A DNA stretch of 64,000 nucleotides from Fistulifera solaris (taxonomy: Eukaryota): NCBI GenBank assembly GCA_030295235.1, contig AP026133.1, forward strand, positions 868,001-932,000. The letters are read 5' to 3'. The stretch's first letter is position 1. Every line of letters begins with the position of its first letter. This document shows positions 36,459-48,699 of the stretch, piece by piece. A program made the position numbers and the translations under genes. The notes under the pieces were generated by a model. That model was not told the origin of the DNA, did not search any database, and saw nothing but the letters and a program-made list of their open reading frames with translations.

Positions 36459-37403
36459 ATGCAGATGAAACATCTTTCGTGGATGATCATACATTTGTGT
36501 GTACCGATTGAAGCACAATCCTTGCACACAATCCACTCCCTATCATCGCAACCCGTTCGACTCAAATCAATCGTGAAACAAAATAGTCTATTAGAGAAAA
36601 CTACTACTGCACAAAGCGATCAATCGGCACTGTCACGACTTCGTGGCGGTGGTAGTACAACAGTCTACCGTCAAAACACACAACTCGTTCTCGATGCACT
36701 GGAAGTATTCGGGACAAGTGTGTTTGCTTTCTCGGGTGCCGTGACAGCGGGAAAAGCAGGAATGGACTTGTTGGGGATGATGATTGTGTCGATGCTGACC
36801 GCGACGGGAGGTGGTACCGTCCGTGACTTGTTATTGGGGGCGACACCTGTATTTTGGATACAACAACCGATCTTTCTTTCCCTTTGTTTGTTCACTACAC
36901 TGGTTACGTATGTGTTATGGCCGAAACTGGAACAAAACTGGGGATGGAAGGATTCTGACAAGGCGATATGCGTGGCAGATGCGATTGGTTTAGCCGCTTT
37001 TGTCGTCATTACAACAGACAAGGGGAACGTCTACAATTTACCACCCTTGTACTGGATCCTGATTGGTTTGATTTCTTGTACGTTCGGAGGTATCCTTCGG
37101 GATGTAGTGTGCGCTCGACCCGCACGTGTCTTGTATCCGAATCGAACATTATATGCGACTCCGGTCTTGTTGGGGAGTGCTGTTTATACCCTTTGCAAAA
37201 CTAGCAGGCTCGCTGATCATTTGAGTAATGATCAAACGGCAGCACTGACATTTTGTATAACGTTAGTCTTACGCCTGTGGGCATTTGACAATCCGATCCG
37301 GTTACCTCATTGGAAATCGTACAAAAGGACATGGAAACGCCACATGCCCATGAACATTATTCTTAGATTAGAGAAGATGTCATACCTTCCTTTTATAAAC
37401 TGA
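36459..37403 (+). CDS. TRIC / UPF0126 (YadS-like) membrane protein with an N-terminal presequence
   Basis: GTSVFAFSGA, MDLLG, TATGGGTVRDLLLG, DAIGLAAF and FGGILRDV are the duplicated UPF0126 signature. Presequence ends RLRGGG. Confidence 0.88.
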   Translation: MQMKHLSWMIIHLCVPIEAQSLHTIHSLSSQPVRLKSIVKQNSLLEKTTTAQSDQSALSRLRGGGSTTVYRQNTQLVLDALEVFGTSVFAFSGAVTAGKAGMDLLGMMIVSMLTATGGGTVRDLLLGATPVFWIQQPIFLSLCLFTTLVTYVLWPKLEQNWGWKDSDKAICVADAIGLAAFVVITTDKGNVYNLPPLYWILIGLISCTFGGILRDVVCARPARVLYPNRTLYATPVLLGSAVYTLCKTSRLADHLSNDQTAALTFCITLVLRLWAFDNPIRLPHWKSYKRTWKRHMPMNIILRLEKMSYLPFIN

Positions 37404-37416
37404 ATAATTTAGCATT

Positions 37417-39436
37417 CTACGCGAACTTCTCCTTGACATCTTTCGCAACATCCCACATGTTCACCACCGAATCAGCACCGACCGACACGAATTTGTAGCC
37501 GTCATTGACGAACGACAATCCGGTCAGGCCACCACGGTGGGCAAATGGATAATGGACGCGCTTCATCTTCTTGTCCATACTCCACAAATAAATAGAATCA
37601 TCGGCGCCGCCACTCGCAATGACTTGATCGTCTGGCGACCAAGATAGGCAAGTTACTCGTTGCACGTGGAAGCACCAGCGCCCTTTCGCGACCAACGCAC
37701 TGTAGTTGGATAAATCCCAAACGCAAACATCCCGCTGATCACCGGCGGCCAACTTGGTACCGTCATTGGACAGAGCCAGGGCCGTGAGAGGTTTCAAATG
37801 ACCGTTTTCAATGACGTGATTTTCCACCGGTTGGTCTCCTGAAATGTCGTAGATGTGGATTTTGCAGTCATTGCCGCCTACATACAGAGTCTTGTCGTCT
37901 TTCGAAACACAAATCGCGGTGGCTTCGTAGTTGGTCGCCATGATGGTTTGCAAGGCACCACCGGGCCCACAGAGTGCCAAGCCAGCAACGGTCGCGACTG
38001 CACCTTTGTTGGTACCAACCGCAATGGCCGAGGGTTGTGCGCCGATAACTTCCGGTTCCATATTGACCTGAAGACTACCACTGGGTGTGACAAAGAGTTT
38101 GTCATCCCAGCCAACACTCTAACAAGGCCCCGTTCATCACGGCCAAACCAGAAACAGCCCCCGTGTGCACAACGTACATGAGATCCGCATTTCCTTCGGA
38201 TGGCAACAATCGTCCCTTGGCAGTACAAGTCTTCAAATCCCATTGACACAACACCCCATCCGAATCACCCGTGTAAAAGACTCCATTTGCTACATCCAGT
38301 GCCATCGCACCGACTGCCGCCGAATGTCCTGTTATAACTTGAATCGGATCACTGCTACCGAGCGGGGGTAGCAACGAAATTTGCCCATTCAATCCCACCG
38401 AGACGGGTCGCTTTCCACCCGAAAAAGCACACGCAACTTGATTGCCACCGACGGGTACTTTGTCGTACGTTCCACCATTCTGGTGTTCGGCTGGCTTCCA
38501 GGTATGTTGTTCCGACAAGGTTCCGTTGTCATCAACCGCAAACAATTTACAGGTACCATCCCCTGACGCTGTCATGACGTATTTATCGTCACCTGACCAG
38601 TCAACACAGTAAATCGTAGCCGAGTGGACTTGTTCCAGTTTGTGTTTCAATTCCAGTGTTTTACCATCATAGGTACAAATCGCTCGATCCGACGATACGG
38701 AGACCACCAGCGTTCCGGTTTGATTGTATCGAACACACGTGACCGCTCCTTTCGAATGTCCCGAATCCTGTGGAATACCATCCACGGGAGGAATTTTGGC
38801 AAAGGGTGGACCTTGATGAAAGTACGTTTTCGTATCATCTTTCCCGGCCGTAACGATCCGGAAGGGTCGATTGGGTTTGTACGCGACTGACGCCACCCGA
38901 CCTTTGAAATGCATCGCCAAGGCTCCAACGGTGACCCCCGTATCGTACTGCAAGACGCGGGCACAATCACTCCGGGCATCCAATCGTTCTCCTCCCATGG
39001 CGACTTTTTTGGATTCCCCATCCCAGGCCAAATCACGAATGACACTGGTCAAACCCGGATTCTCGTATTTGCACAAATGATCTTCGTGATCAAAGGCCCA
39101 AATGCGGAGCATCCCGCGTTCATCTCCCGATGCCATGTACGCCCCAGAGGGACTCAATTTGAGTGCCGTGGCCGTGTAATGATGTCCCCGATAACACAAG
39201 ACGGGGAGCGGACTGATGCTCGGTAAGAGTGCACTACCGTCGAGTGTGCGAGTGACAATGAGTTTTCCAGAACAATAACTTAACATGGGTTTGTCATTGC
39301 CGTGCAAACGACCGGACGTTCCATCCAACGAGCAGCGTTCGCCGCGTTCCGTGTGAGGGATCGGCGGTGTGCTGATAATGACGGGCGATGTGGGGGGCAA
39401 GCAACTGTTGGAAGCGTCGGGTCCTTTCGGTGCCAT
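37417..39436 (-). CDS. WD40 actin-interacting protein 1 (AIP1/WDR1)-like (frameshift near 38100-38120)
   Basis: PHTERGER, SPSGAYMASGDERGMLRIW, AWDGESKK, DTGVTVG, KPNRPFRIVT, QGPPF and FHVQRVTCLSWSPD...ASGGADDSIYLW motifs. Confidence 0.88.
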
Positions 39437-39942
39437 GTTGATTGTTACGAGTAGTAAAATATGGCTCTGGAAAAGATGTTGATGCTGATGTTATTTCGTT
39501 TTGAAAGCTACCAGGTATAGCAAAGAGGTCAGCTTCTTGATGAGGAGCAAGATGTGCCACAACTACTACGTACTACGTACTAGAAATAATGACCGTTTGG
39601 AGGTGCGAAGTGCGAAGAATGACCGTTGCGATGTTTCTCACCGCACGTGACTTGTTTATTCGTGATTGATTCAAACGATGACACCCCCACTGACACTATG
39701 ACGGACGCGTTCGCTTTTTTGAGTGAGTCCGATCCATCAAGGAAAATCAGAAACCTCATTTCCACAACATTCGTGTAGTTGGCGACGATCTTTTGGTCAT
39801 CGTCCTTTATTACTGTGAAAGAATTCTCAGTTCTAAAACGAAAACTCTTGTCAAGCGGCTTTTCAATAAATACGATTCATCAGTTTAGTTTTACTTCTCG
39901 ATCGATTCATTTCAACTCGTGCTCGCTTCTTTTACCTCAAGA

Positions 39943-40496
39943 ATGAAGATTGTTTTGCCAATTTTCGCTCTCTTCTTCGTCATGAATGCCGCCCAAGCTT
40001 TCACGGCACATTTGACGCGTCGTCCAACAGACACATCCCTCGACATGGAACGACGTGAATTTCACGAGGCGATTCTCTCCATCGTGGCAGGTGTTTTGGC
40101 GGTTCCGACGGTAGCGTCCGCCAAACCGGCATCGACCTTTTTCTTTGACGACGAATTGGTGCAAGAACCGGCTCAGCAAAATACCGGAGGAAAAGTTGAT
40201 GTGAACGCGGCCTTTGTGGTAAAGCCCAAACAAGGTTCTTTCTACTTTTTCTTTTCGTTCTTCATACTCACTTTTTTTGCCTACAGGGCGACTATATGCA
40301 ATTCCCAGGCATGTTCCCTCATGCTGCGGGAAAGATTGCTAGCAACGGACCCTACAAAACCGTAAAAGACATTTACAAGATTGAAGGACTCACCGATCAT
40401 GATATTGCCATGTTCAAAAAGTATCAATCCGAGTTGACGGCCAATCCACCCGGCCGTGTGTTTACGGAGCGCATCAATGCGCGTGTTTCGACTTAG
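39943..40496 (+). CDS. psbU: Photosystem II 12-kDa extrinsic protein PsbU, 2 exons
   Basis: Signal peptide ending AQA-F and lumen signal ending VASA. Intron 40219-40286. Mature region KVDVNAAFVGDYMQFPGMFPHAAGKIASNGPYKTVKDIY...ERIN. Confidence 0.9.
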
Positions 40497-40643
40497 AAGC
40501 ATTACGAGGAAAAACGAAGCCAGCGTTCATGCAACAACATACATCTATGTTTTTTTACTATCAATGATTGAGATCACTTATACTAGAGTTCCATTTACAT
40601 TCATCCGAGTCATAATGTTTCGCTTGTCAGCTTCATATCTCCA

Positions 40644-41416
40644 TTACATTGTTTGCGTCGCAATCGAATACATTTTCAACGAAAACTGTGCCAAAATACT
40701 AATCATGAGCATGACGCACAAGACGGTGGGACCCACCGTGTCTTCGTAAGGACCAGGGTGTCGATTGCGAATCATGTTGGCGCGTCGCTGATATTGATAC
40801 ATGCTGTAGACGATAAAAGCAATTGCGACGGGTAGCAGCACAATACCGTACAGTTGACCGATTTGACCTTCCGAATCGTCCGCGACGGCCAAAATGGCAA
40901 TCGAGGCGCCTGCCAAAATGACGGAAAGGTGCATCCACGCCAAAAAGGTGCGCTCGTTGGCAAAAAAAGACTTTGGGTTCAATTTTGATCGGTGCTTTGC
41001 GCAACTTCATCAAAGTTCCAATTTGGCCGTAAGCGGGTTCTTTCGCCTTTCCGCCACTAAAAAGGCCTCCAAAGAAGCCTCCGATAGAATTACTGCTGCT
41101 ACCGTTTGCTGGGGCAGCGGCAGTAAGTTTAGGGGCGGTTTTGCGTCCCTTGATATACGGCGATGGATTAGCCTTTATGACGCGAATTACTTAGAAGAGA
41201 GCATACAAGCAGCAACTGCAGATACTCACAAAATGAACTTACTTGTGGTGGAAGCACACGTGGTGCAAATTCATCCTCGGAAGTGCCCGCAGGAACGGAC
41301 TCGATTTCTGAAAACTGGCGCTCGTTGCCGCCTTCTGTGGCTGATTTTTGAACAAAGTAAAAATTGCTAGATTTGTCGCCGCTGGCGTTCGATGGCGATT
41401 TTCCGATACCGAACAT
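40644..41416 (-). CDS. VTC1: Vacuolar transporter chaperone VTC1-like protein (DUF202; polyphosphate)
   Basis: PIKIEPKVFFANERTFLAW (one extra base in the homopolymer near 40965), three TM helices, GPYEDTVGPTVL. Intron at ~41242-41150. Confidence 0.8.
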
Positions 41417-42506
41417 GGTAGATAAAAGGTATGGATAAGAAGAAGAAAGATTGAAAATGTAAGGAGAGAGTGTAATATAGTCAATGAGAAAGGATTTCTC
41501 TATTATTTGTTGTGCCGCGCGTGATATTCCTTGTGCTGCTTGCGACGCCAGCTAAAAAAAATAGGAGTAAATTGCAATTGCGGGGGACTTTGGTTTCGAA
41601 TTCCGAATTCCTTGTGTCAGGTGCGGAAGTTACTCTACCATAGAGAGTAGTCTTGCCTTGAAGTCTTCCTAAAAACTTAAAAGCGTTGCGACACCGAATC
41701 TTGCAAGAATCTTTATTGACTCGTGACCGGACTCGTCGACATCTTGAGTGACCTAATAACTACCGGTAAGTACCAGTACCGACCTTCGCAACGGCGTTAA
41801 AATTCTGTTTCGTCGTAAAAGCTACGTAGAATCTTATACTGGGAGGCAGAATTTTAACGTCCTTCCGTCTGGTACATGTACCAGGTATCGTTCGAAATCT
41901 GGGGGACCTTTTCTCAAGACTAATTTGCAGTCATGAGTCATTACCCACCTTTTTATGGTTCACTCTCTGCGACGTTTCTAAAGCATCTGCGTCCACCTTC
42001 TTTTTCACAAAAACAAGATCTCGTAACTACGTTTATCACATTTTGTTTGCTCTTGTAGAATATTGAAAATCGACGATATACCGTTTTCCAAATGCATAGG
42101 TTTCTACCTACAACATCCTGCAGATGATTCGCATACATGTAACTTGGTCACTTGCTGCTTTGAATTTCGTAATCCACAAGCATTCCGATGAAGGGCTTAT
42201 CTCAACAAAGCGCAAAGCATGTCGAAAATATCTTGATTCCGTGTACTAGCTTCTTTTCATAAAGCCCCCCTTCTTTTTCGACCTTCTTACAGGATGTGCG
42301 ACAACATGTCCATGAATTCAAGAAACAATGATTAGCTTCGAATATAAGCTTTGCTATGAAGTTTGGCTTTACTTTATAATTGTGGGGCACATGCGTTCAA
42401 GTAGCAAAGTAACATTATCCCCTTATTTCTTCAGCGCAAACATACTCCGTATCCATTCGATGCCTCGATATTGTATCCCTTCCGATAATACTCTGATGTG
42501 TGTGAG

Positions 42507-42838
42507 TTATTCTTTGGGTGTGCCTAACATCAATTGCGCTTTTGTCTTGGCACACTTTTGTTTGCATTCGGGTAGACATTCTTGTCGCGATTTTTGCTCT
42601 GATCCTTTGGGTTTCGTGCAATCGTACATACAGACACTGAGGCATTTTTCGTAATTTGGATCCTTTTTCGTGCCCTTGATGGCAGGATCGACTTCTTTGG
42701 CGTAAGCGGGGAGTGCGATCGTAGCGGTAGCCGCTGCCCCGAGCACATGTTGTAAAATTGAGCGCGTGTGCCTGATAACGACCAGGCTTGCACGGACCAA
42801 ACTAGGGCAGTGATGATAATTGATCGGAGAACGAGCAT
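42507..42838 (-). CDS. Small Cys-rich protein, probably targeted to the thylakoid lumen (indel near 42800)
   Basis: Signal-like start, hydrophobic stretch ending LPAYA, mature CLSVCMYDC...CLPECKQKC. Confidence 0.65.
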
Positions 42839-44881
42839 GGTGGTTGGAGGGAAGATTAATTAGATAAGAATAAAGGAAGACAGGAAACGCTTCTTAATGC
42901 GCCGATGAAGGATGTTACAATCGTTTACTTAATGGCCGAAATCATCCAGAAACGTCAGTTTGCCACCGTCATCGCATCGCAGAGCGACAAAGCGTTTGGC
43001 GGACAGACCGATCGTGAAACAAATAAACGCAAGAAATCGTTTTGGTCGAAAAAGACAACGATGGCCTTGGAGTCACTTCGCAAAACAGAGTCTCCAAAAA
43101 GAATTTCTACATTGGGAACCTTCCCTCACATGGAGACGAAATTTATTTGGTGAAGCGACTCTAACAAGCCCTCGAGACTCGTCGAGACTCGAGTGTAAAT
43201 TCCCTCTCCAGACGGACAAGGCCGATTTAGAGATTCATTCGTCGGAGTAAGCCTTTCGTGCTTTGCTGCAGTGCGACAATCACTTGATGCCTAGGAAAGA
43301 GTTTTGTAGTGCAAAGAGGACGAAAGAAGAAAGCCTAAGACACCGGTCGAGTTTTTAAAGAAGAGAATTGAACAGTCAGATGACCCGACTTTATCAATGC
43401 AGCTAATATATTGCTGCAACTGCTGCCATGGGTGTGATATTCTCTTTGTCATCAAATCGTTTTTTGCTATCGCAACCTATGAATGACTTATTCAAGCAGA
43501 CTAGGGAGAGCTGGATTTGAATTGAAAGCATTGTTAAAGCGGCCCAACAACATAGCGAAAGTCGGATGATGCAACTCCGAAAAGCAACACCAATTCACAT
43601 TCAGTTCTATTCCTTCGCATATCATCATAGTGCACCCAATAAGGTTCGAAATGATATGTCATTTGTTTTACTATCACAAAAAGCGCACGGTTTGAAAGAA
43701 GAGGTCAGACAAATGTTGTACGACTGGTTGTTATGTGATCTCTTTGATTGGGGGCAAAGTCTGGTGAGTTGTTGTGAAATCAATAGCTGTACAAAAGCAT
43801 CATAAGGACCAAATGAGCGCTCATTTGGGATTCTTCAAAAGGCATTCTTCGCTTTAAATGATTCAACCTCGAAAGTCTGCAGACACCACTCCCCGCAGAA
43901 GTTGCTTTCTATTCAAATCAGATGGTTGGCTTCGTTGGAGTGGACGATTCTTCGGGGAAATATTTGATTACATCCTCAGTTTATTGGAGAAATGACAATC
44001 AACCTATAACTTCACAGCAGGGCATTTGTGAAAAGAATTTCATTATTAGGCAAAGAGAGCCTACAGATGATCTCGAATTGGATTGAGGCTCTGGGGTGTT
44101 CGGCTTGTTCACCTATCAACCTACCATCCTCAGCACCGATACGCTTCTACCATGGACGCACAACGCATAATGGAGCGTCAAGCCGGTGTCGGACCCTTTG
44201 GAATATGTTTACGCGAAGTAACATGAGGTATACGGCTGTCCCAGCCTTGATGGCGAGTCTCGCCATTTAGTCGGTGGCGCTATTCGTTTATCATTCTCCA
44301 GTAAGTCCGCTATTTTTGCAGCAACTGTGGTCTCAAGTAAATCGTGAGCGTCGCCACGCTCATTGCTTCTTTTGCCGTCGACTCCGTGTGTTTTGACGTA
44401 TCCTAAAGTAAAGCAGGTGTTTATAATACAAAAGAAAGAAAGATGTCTCTTAATCAGACGGGGACTGTTCCAGAAGATCGACGGGTAGCTCGAGTGCTTC
44501 TCTTGCAGCTCCCGTTACGATCGCAGCGCATTCCTCATGAAGGGTTTGAATTTTTATGACGCCTGTTGTTCTCTTGACTCGACAACATGCCATTCTTGGT
44601 CGTTATTAAATATATCTGACTCAGTGTTGGACAAAATTCAAATGCCACCAGTGTTGGAACTAGCTGGCGATGACGATTATTTGGCGTTATGGGAGCTTCA
44701 GAACTAATTCAGCAAAGCTGACCACTTTTGCTTTCAAAGATGTAATCGGCATGTATTTTTGTGCGAAGAAACGTGCGGCCTCCTATCCATTTGCTTTTCA
44801 CTTGCTGAATGAGGAGTCACGGCACCTCTCAGGGTAGCCCGTATTTTTCCCAAAGACGTTTAAGCTTTCGGTTGTATTCCG

Positions 44882-45182
44882 ATTGGATGCTGTTCTGGCC
44901 GAGTGCTTGTTTATTGGTTCGAGAGCGGCATCGAAATACGGTACGAAAAAAAGCGGAAGTGACAAGTTCCATTCAAAGCGTATAGCCCAAAGAACCGAAT
45001 AGAGCTTCTGAGTCGCTCACAATGGGCCTGTTGGACACTTTACCAACACGTTGGGTGATTTACTATGTATTGACGCTTTGGTTTGACATTTGATTCGATG
45101 TCGGCGCTTTTCCTCTGCTCTTTGTTGGTGATAGGACGGTAGCACTTCCGTTCGCCGTTTCGTGCATTCGGAAAGAAATCAA
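44882..45182. repeat. Dispersed ~300-bp repeat, copy 2
   Basis: Direct-orientation homolog of 7-316, lying in an ORF-poor region. Confidence 0.9.
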
Positions 45183-47338
45183 CGGGTTTTTTGCAAGAAA
45201 TTGAAGTGAATCTTAGAACATACAGCGCAACACAACAAGAGGCAGAGAAACTAGAGCAAACAACAATCCTCACGACCGCAAAACCGCTTGAGCGCACAAA
45301 ATTGGACAGTGTTAGATGGAGGAGCTCCTCTGTCACCATTACCCATCGCGCGAATCCATCAGTTGTATTAGTTTATGAATTTTTAGTTTATTTGCTTTTG
45401 AAATGAACAAAGTGTTCGCATGAAGGTGTTATGGTCAATTTTTCATTGTGCTGGGACATTTGGGGGACCCTTGCTAGTGCCCGTAACCGCTACCCTATTT
45501 CTAGGATAACTCATAAGCACCGCAAGAGCTCCGAAGACGTTAAGCAGATGTCAACAAGCGATCACAAACGCCCATGTATCCGGTTGGGAGCGGAAAGGCG
45601 AATGTGGCTTTCATAAGCTGCTCAGCGGGTGAACCCCAAACCCCGCTCAACCGTTACCATTGCTTCACCAATCATCGGCGCACACAGTTCTTCGGCACGC
45701 CTAATGGATCCCACAATTCAGGTGAAGAACTTTTCCCAGCACAATGCTCCAACTGCGTGTTTTCCGGTAAGGCAGGAAGCCTCGCAAGCAGGCAAGCGAA
45801 TCGTCGAGGCGATACGAGGTTGCCGTTTCGCGAGACGACTCCTCCTTCCTCGGGACATACGCACCACAACCCTTCATGCGCTCCCACTATGTATTCAACC
45901 ATAGGGTCCCAAGCTGTGATCGCAGGTCACAGCTTTGGCAACAACTGAATACGGGGAGGACATCAAACCTCTCTCAGTCGCCTTCGAGAGATGTGAGAAG
46001 AAGAAGAACGCAGCGAAAAAAGAGAGGAACAAATTCAGCGATGCTTCTCCTACCGTAAAATCAAAATTACGTTTGTTTTCACAAAATCATTTTAAAATCA
46101 TTTAGAGGGAGCTATCTAAGTATTCCTGTCTCGAGCAACGGTTTTTCCATGTATCGGTTGGGATCCCACCACTCACGAAAGAATATCACGGTATACGCAT
46201 CTTTATATCTTTCAACAATGATGAACGCAGCTGCGAGCCCGGCCTGCTCGTCTCTCCCTAATGCGATAAGCGTTTGAAATTCGATTTGCACAAGGGGAAA
46301 GAATGGATCTCGAATCTCGAATGGGTAAGAGATGATTTCTGGATGTCTCGTTTGTTGCGTTTTGTTTGCGATCCGTTCACGCACTGTTTTAGTCTTGTTA
46401 TTTCAATCGCACTCTTTCAATGTGTTGCCGCAGTCGGCGTGTCTGTGTCTGCTTGTTGTTGCCAACGAGACACAGTACGAGATGATGATGAGGATACGAG
46501 CGGCTGGCGGACGAAGGGCACAATGAATGGAGATGTTGCGCGATCATTGAACGAAGAAACAAGCAATTACTGAGTATGGAACAACAAGCTTCTCGACTGA
46601 TGATAATTCGGAAGTGAAACGTTCAAATGATTGACTTGAAAACGAAGCTATGATATGACGACAACAGACATCACCGCTAGATGAAACTGACGAGGATATC
46701 ATCGAACGTTGTAGACGATGTGCTATATCCATGTGTTCCTCCTTGAGAATTCGCAAGGGTGAATGCCCTGTCATTGTACTTGAGGAACCGCCATACGCTT
46801 TGGAAATCGATGCCTTTAGTTGACGATGCCATAATTGCCAATTGCTAGTTGCGTGTTGGAGGAGTAAAAGAACACGATTTTATGAAACTGCCTTCGTTTT
46901 GAACTCATGATACTGCGATCTATTTTCGGATTTGTAGTTTTCGGGCACCGGGCACCGACAGCGTCAACGTCGCTGAATCCGTATTCCTTTTGCATTTCAA
47001 CGCGACGCAGTTGATCCATGCAGACACAAACGAATGATGACGGAAGGCAAGTCAAACTTGGCGTTCTTGAGTCGTGACGCACGGGATGCGAACACTGCTG
47101 GAAATCTCACGAACAGTCATGAAAAGGATGAAACGTTGGTTCTACGACCTTTCGTAGGGGTCGTATAGAACGCTTTAAATCGATACGACAAGAAAATCAT
47201 CCACAGAACTGGAAAGTGTAGAAAGCGAACGGTCTTTCGTCTCATAATGGGAACTGGATGATCGACTCCAAACGAAACCACGACACCTTCCACATTTTCT
47301 TGGTTGCTCGGCGATTCGAAACAAAATCTTCATCAAAC

Positions 47339-47530
47339 ATGTGTACCTTATGCAAATGTCCTTCCTGCGGGAAGGCAACATGGTGTGGCTGCGGAATGCA
47401 CATTGAGAGTGTGCTCCGTAATGTCAAAGAACAAGACCGATGCCCCAATTGGAAAGGTGGATACCGCAAACCCTGTGGAGAGGTTCATTTCGTGGAAGTA
47501 CATGAGCATGCTGGTCATTATCATTACTAG
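47339..47530 (+). CDS. Small Cys-rich putative metal-binding protein A (His-rich tail)
   Basis: MCTLCKCPSCGKATWCGCGMHIESVL...DRCPNWK..KPCG followed by HFVEVHEHAGHYHY; paralog at 48328. Confidence 0.75.
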   Translation: MCTLCKCPSCGKATWCGCGMHIESVLRNVKEQDRCPNWKGGYRKPCGEVHFVEVHEHAGHYHY

Positions 47531-48327
47531 TAAGTCGAGAGAGAAAGAGGCCTCTCAAACCATGGCATGTCGCGAACGAAGTATGCTATCGCCGTGACAG
47601 CAATATCGTGAGGTTTGGGATGATGCCTCACAACATCGTTTTTAAGTTGTAACGCTGTAAAACCACAAGAGTCGTCAATTACTTTATTTCACATACCAGG
47701 TATGTCATTGTAATTTTACTTATTGACACGACTTGTAATCTCGGACTAAGCATCGCTTTCCGTGTTAGCTCTGGCAAGTAGATACCAGTGGCAAAATAGC
47801 GAAGCACGAAGAAACCAAAACGTCTCGATTGTGACGCCGTGCTGTCTAACTTTTGTGAAGGCTATAGACAATCCGAAAGCGCATAGATCAGGTGCAACCA
47901 ATGGTTTAGATTCAAAATCCAGGATTATGATTGAGCGACAGAAATATGAAAATTTTACAATTGGGCGCAAAGCTAACATTCGATCTAGCTCCCATCTTCG
48001 GCTTTCATCGTCGTTTGCAGTCTGATGAGTCTAAATGTTGAATCATCTTATATCGATTGGAGATAAACACAACTAAACGGAGTGTCTTGGCATCCCAGCT
48101 AGATCTTGAAGCGCTAAAATGTGACTCAAGTTCGTGATTGCGCGAACGGCCTTATTCATTCACAGAGGTATGGATTGTATTTCGCCGACTGTGTAATGTT
48201 CAGTAGAACTGCAACAAAACAAGGCCTATCGACCGCTGCATTTTTTCTTTTGCCATCCCTCGATGCTCATAATTCACAACATCTGCCATTAAAAAGATAT
48301 TCTCGCTCACCATCCTACTACAATCAG

Positions 48328-48513
48328 ATGTGTTCAAAGTGCAAGTGCCGTTCCTGTGGGAAAGCAACGTGGTCGGGATGCGGAATGCACATTGAAAGTG
48401 CTCTCAGAGGAGTGAAAGAAGAAGATCGTTGCCCGAACTGGAAAGAAGGATATTACAAGCCTTGTGGAGAGTTTAAATCCGGAGGGGGATTCATGAGCTT
48501 CTTTGGAATGTAA
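48328..48513 (+). CDS. Small Cys-rich putative metal-binding protein B
   Basis: MCSKCKCRSCGKATWSGCGMHIESAL...DRCPNWK..KPCG; protein sequence conserved with A despite many third-position differences. Confidence 0.78.
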   Translation: MCSKCKCRSCGKATWSGCGMHIESALRGVKEEDRCPNWKEGYYKPCGEFKSGGGFMSFFGM

Positions 48514-48699
48514 TCAACGAATTAAAATTGGAATTGCGTCTCATTGTGACCTTACATTCTCAAACGCTCGGGTTCAATGTACATGTCCAGCTCTATTAAC
48601 ATTATTCAAAACTAACTGGAAATATGTGAGTACTTACAATCTTCAATGGCATCGAGGCTTTCTCGGGTTGACAGCGTCAATCGCCAATGAGGTTGCCTT

